Part shown: positions 7,115 to 8,987 of the stretch, piece after piece
How positions within the stretch are numbered: the stretch's first letter is position 1
Layout of the letters: every line of letters starts with the position of its first letter
Origin: a virus
Taxonomy: Duplodnaviria > Heunggongvirae > Uroviricota > Caudoviricetes
Reading direction: 5' to 3' (one strand)
IMG/VR virus record: IMGVR_UViG_2617270951_000015
Span: 1-8,987 of that record
DNA length: 8,987 nucleotides
Made by a program: the position numbers and the translations under genes
The notes under the pieces: model-generated
The model's database searches: none
Told to the model about the DNA's origin: nothing
The model's input: only the letters and a program-made list of their open reading frames with translations

Positions 7115-7510
7115 TTATTGCATTCTGGCCAGGCCGCGCTCTGTCATTTCAGCTGCCACACCGGCAGAGACACGGAACGCCGTTCCCGGCAGCACAAATG
7201 CCACAGTGTCATCCCGCGTGGCGTGAAGTGCATCAGTATGCAGCGTCACCAGTGCCACGACCGTGACCAGAGCAGCCGTATCAATCACGGTATCCGGCTG
7301 CGCTGATACCACCTCATTTTCATGTCCGGTCAGCGCATTTTCCGGGCTGACAGATGTGTCCTGACCGGCAGCGTCATCCGTGTCATCAAGCTCCTCTTCC
7401 AGCTCTGCCACACGGAGCACCAGTTCTTCTTTCGTCCCCGTCAGGCTGACATCACGGTTCAGTTGCTCACCCAGCACCTGAAGACGGGCAATCAGTTCAT
7501 CTTTCGTCAT
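7115..7510 (-). CDS. FI: Lambda gpFI-like DNA-packaging/head assembly protein, apparently intact (132 aa)
   Basis: MTKDELIARLQVLGEQLNRDVSLTGTKEEL...AFRVSAGVAAEMTERGLARMQ closely follows recalled lambda gpFI. Start set at ATG 7510 (SD GGAGGAG 3 nt upstream) rather than the longer ORF start at 7549. Confidence 0.8.
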   Translation of the reverse strand: MTKDELIARLQVLGEQLNRDVSLTGTKEELVLRVAELEEELDDTDDAAGQDTSVSPENALTGHENEVVSAQPDTVIDTAALVTVVALVTLHTDALHATRDDTVAFVLPGTAFRVSAGVAAEMTERGLARMQ

Positions 7511-7531
7511 GGACTCCTCCACAGAGAGAAA

Positions 7532-7549
7532 ATGGCCCCGAAGGGCCAT
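7532..7549 (-). other. Perfect 7-bp hairpin with a UUCG tetraloop between the E stub and FI
   Basis: ATGGCCC-ttcg-GGGCCAT on the minus strand, followed by TTTTCTCTCTG and then the FI SD. Could be an attenuator or stabilising structure; function not established. Confidence 0.35.
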
Positions 7550-7551
7550 GA

Positions 7552-7830
7552 TTACGCCAGTTGTACGGACACGAACGCATCAGGATCAGCCAGCAGCATC
7601 AGCGGTGCTGACTGAATCATGGTGAACTCACGCGCCGGATCGCCGGTGGTCACCCAGTTTTTCGGGTAGCGGGCAGAGGCGTTAATACCTTCGCGCTGTG
7701 CGTCCGCATCCTGAATGCAGCCATAACGGAAGCCCTTCACCGTAGGCCATGCCGTTGGACTGTCCGGCAAGCACAACCACGTAGAACCAGTCCGGCTCAG
7801 ATGAAGGGCCGACCTGTGGATCTCCTTCAA
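7552..7830 (-). pseudogene. E: C-terminal fragment (about 58 aa) of a lambda gpE-like major capsid protein
   Basis: YGCIQDADAQREGINASARYPKNWVTTGDPAREFTMIQSAPLMLLADPDAFVSVQLA is the recalled C-terminus of lambda gpE (341 aa). Homology runs from about 7725 down to the stop at 7552; the upstream part of the ORF is out-of-frame nanS-like sequence. Confidence 0.8.
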
Positions 7831-7975
7831 TAGCCACCGCCTGCATCAGTGTGTACGGCGTAATGGCAACCGGTCCGCCATATGGCTGCCAGCCCTCTTT
7901 CAGTTTGTGTGTCAGCTTTTCCGCAAGGTCTGACGGCGACGCCGCCCTGACAACATCATAGTGTTTAAATGCCAT
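7682..7975 (-). pseudogene. nanS-p: N-terminal fragment (about 84 aa) of a prophage NanS-p-like sialate O-acetylesterase (DUF1737 region plus start of the SGNH/SASA domain)
   Basis: MAFKHYDVVRAASPSDLAEKLTHKLKEGWQPYGGPV...DWFYVVVLAGQSNGMAYGEGLPL carries the GQSN esterase motif and a recalled NanS-p type N-terminus. Homology stops at about 7726, where the E stub begins in another frame. SD GGAGG before the ATG at 7975. Confidence 0.65.
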
Positions 7976-8168
7976 GAATCCTCCCGGCCGGGATAATATT
8001 GTGAGTAAAATGAGGAGCGGGCTGAAGTCCGGAAGTTACAGGACAATGGCAGAAGAGAGACAACAGCCCGCAATACGAAAAAGGCCGCACTATTGCGCAG
8101 AGTGATTACTGTCGGATATTATTCGCCAGCTGAAATATTACTTCACGTTTTGTTGTTTATTCCTTGCC

Positions 8169-8196
8169 GCCCGCGTCTCCCTGCGCGGGCTTTTTT
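8169..8196 (+). terminator. Intrinsic terminator (plus strand) in the tRNA-nanS spacer
   Basis: Stem GCCCGCG / CGCGGGC (8169-8175 / 8184-8190) with an 8-nt loop, followed by T6 (8191-8196). A second perfect 8-bp hairpin AGCCCCTC-cgga-GAGGGGCT sits at 8208-8227. Confidence 0.55.
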
Positions 8197-8423
8197 GTCC
8201 ATAAGAAAGCCCCTCCGGAGAGGGGCTGGAGAGTGGCGCTATGTGCCATTGCATGGTGCCGGGTGCCTCCCGGTGAATTCAGTACCAGCACCTGAATCCG
8301 CGATTATCCCATATACCTACTCGCTGATTGCCCCTCCGCACAGGGGGATTCACCATGCCAGTTTCTTTTAACAAACTCCCCGCAAAACAGACAACTGTCA
8401 ACCGTCTGAATTGTGAGACATTT

Positions 8424-8449
8424 AAAAAAAAGGCCCGCAAAAGCGAGCC
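8424..8449 (-). terminator. Intrinsic terminator ending the minus-strand tRNA operon
   Basis: Minus strand: GGCTCGC-tttt-GCGGGCC (one mismatch in 7 bp) followed by T8 (plus-strand A-run 8424-8431), 15 nt after the 3' end of the last tRNA. Confidence 0.5.
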
Positions 8450-8463
8450 AGGGAAAATAAGTG

Positions 8464-8540
8464 TGGCGCGTTGTACTGGATTCGAACCAGTGACCGATTG
8501 CTTAGAAGGCAATTGCTCTGTCCGGCTGAGCTAACAACGC
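8464..8540 (-). tRNA. tRNA-Arg (anticodon UCU)
   Basis: 77-nt cloverleaf on the minus strand: GCGTTGT-TA-GCTC-AGCCGGACA-GAGC-A-ATTGC-CTTCTAA-GCAAT-CGGTC-ACTGG-TTCGAAT-CCAGT-ACAACGC-G-CCA; all stems perfect. Corresponds to one of argN/argO of Stx-type phages (which name is uncertain). Confidence 0.85.
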
Positions 8541-8553
8541 AGGATACAGATAA

Positions 8554-8630
8554 TGAACCGCCTTCGGGGACCCGAACTCCGCGCAACCAGCTTCGAAGGC
8601 TGGCGCTCTTTCCTGATGAGCTAATGGCGG
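8554..8630 (-). tRNA. tRNA-Arg-like (anticodon UCG), atypical and possibly degenerate
   Basis: CCGCCAT-TA-GCTC-ATCAGGAAA-GAGC-G-CCAGC-CTTCGAA-GCTGG-TTGCG-CGGAG-TTCGGGT-CCCCG-AAGGCGG-T-TCA. D and anticodon arms are perfect, but the acceptor stem has one A-A mismatch, the T-stem has one A-C mismatch, the T-loop has G where the near-invariant A58 is expected, and the 3' end reads TCA rather than CCA. Confidence 0.5.
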
Positions 8631-8637
8631 TATGTGA

Positions 8638-8713
8638 TGGTGGCCCTTGCTGGATTTGAACCAGCGACCTGGCGATTATGAGTCGCTCGCTCTCACCACT
8701 GAGCTAAAGGGCC
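8638..8713 (-). tRNA. ileZ: tRNA-Ile2/Met (anticodon CAU), ileX/ileZ-like
   Basis: 76 nt: GGCCCTT-TA-GCTC-AGTGGTGA-GAGC-G-AGCGA-CTCATAA-TCGCC-AGGTC-GCTGG-TTCAAAT-CCAGC-AAGGGCC-A-CCA. Close to the recalled E. coli ileX sequence, so probably the lysidine-modified AUA reader; the isotype cannot be proven from sequence alone. Confidence 0.8.
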
Positions 8714-8722
8714 GGGAGCAGA

Positions 8723-8751
8723 ATAATAATGGTGCGTAATTAATTCTGCAA
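8723..8751 (-). promoter_or_regulatory. Candidate sigma70 promoter for the tRNA operon
   Basis: Minus strand: -35 TTGCAG (8751-8746), 17-bp spacer, -10 TATTAT (8728-8723), about 9 nt before the 5' end of the first tRNA; lies directly after the methyltransferase stop (8763). Confidence 0.4.
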
Positions 8752-8762
8752 TCTCATCCGTT

Positions 8763-8987
8763 TCAAACGATTAAATCCTGAACTTCCCTGACTGTCTGCT
8801 CAAAACGTCCGGTCTCCAGTTCAACGCCAATCGCACGACGCCCGAGCGCCAGTGCCGCTTTTACCGTTGAACCTGAGCCCATAAAAAAATCTGCAACCAG
8901 GTCACCCGGACGACTGCTCGCGCTGATTATCTGCTGCAGCATTTCTGCCGGTTTTTCGCACGGATGTTTCCCGGGATAGAACTGCAC
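8763..8987 (-). CDS. DNA methyltransferase (beta-class N6A/N4C amino-MTase), C-terminal 74 aa only; gene continues beyond the right window edge
   Basis: Open to the window end. Motif IV-like HPCEKP precedes motif I-like FFMGSGST, the motif order of beta-class amino-methyltransferases. Whether the full gene is intact cannot be judged. Confidence 0.7.
   Translation of the reverse strand: MQFYPGKHPCEKPAEMLQQIISASSRPGDLVADFFMGSGSTVKAALALGRRAIGVELETGRFEQTVREVQDLIV

Larger units (their letters stand above)
1084..8987. mobile_element. argW-integrated lambdoid prophage remnant (integrase, cargo, decayed late/tail region); extends beyond the right window edge
   Basis: Integrase next to the tRNA, then phage structural-gene fragments, phage tRNAs and a methyltransferase. 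Compatible with the CPS-53/KpLE1 site of E. coli K-12 (yfdC-argW-intS) but with different content. Confidence 0.8.

Noticed and set aside
6393-7615. Plus-strand ORFs antisense to I, FII and FI (6393..6599, 6566..6766, 6711..7028, 7013..7306, 7018..7266, 7322..7615) and the minus-strand ORF 6445..6642
   Set aside because: They are antisense or alternative-frame readings of regions whose minus-strand frames match lambda I, FII and FI.
7976-8463. Remnant Shiga-toxin genes or another toxin ORF in the tRNA-nanS spacer (including track ORF 8093..8371 and short ORFs of 31 and 38 codons)
   Set aside because: No reading frame resembles StxA or StxB, the spacer is far too short, and the candidate ORFs run through terminator hairpins and lack RBSs.
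8279-8659. ORFs overlapping the tRNA cluster (8279..8512 minus, 8328..8534 plus, 8471..8659 plus)
   Set aside because: They are carried by tRNA gene sequence and terminators; the tRNA cloverleaves account for the region.

Overview
This window is the yfdC-argW chromosomal junction of an Escherichia/Shigella-type genome, followed by a heavily decayed lambdoid prophage remnant integrated at argW (the position of CPS-53/KpLE1 in E. coli K-12, but with different cargo). I did not find a convincing novel multi-gene system: there is no defence-like operon, CRISPR array, reverse transcriptase or toxin ORF. On the plus strand: yfdC (complete), tRNA-Arg(CCU) argW, a P4-like tyrosine integrase (intS), and a small cysteine-cluster cargo gene broken by three frameshifts. 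On the minus strand, from the right edge: the 3' part of a DNA methyltransferase, a three-tRNA operon (Ile2/Met-CAU, an atypical Arg-UCG, Arg-UCU), a ~0.5 kb non-coding spacer, a NanS-p esterase N-terminal stub joined to a major-capsid E C-terminal stub, FI (intact), an FII stub joined to a tail-assembly I stub, a ~0.34 kb non-coding insert, a J N-terminal stub, then an intact collagen-like side tail fibre gene and its downstream partner. The material not explained by known genes is small and non-coding: promoter/terminator-bounded units in the I-J insert and in the tRNA-nanS spacer. All homology statements come from recalled reference protein sequences and motifs, not from searches, and every promoter or terminator call is a by-eye prediction.
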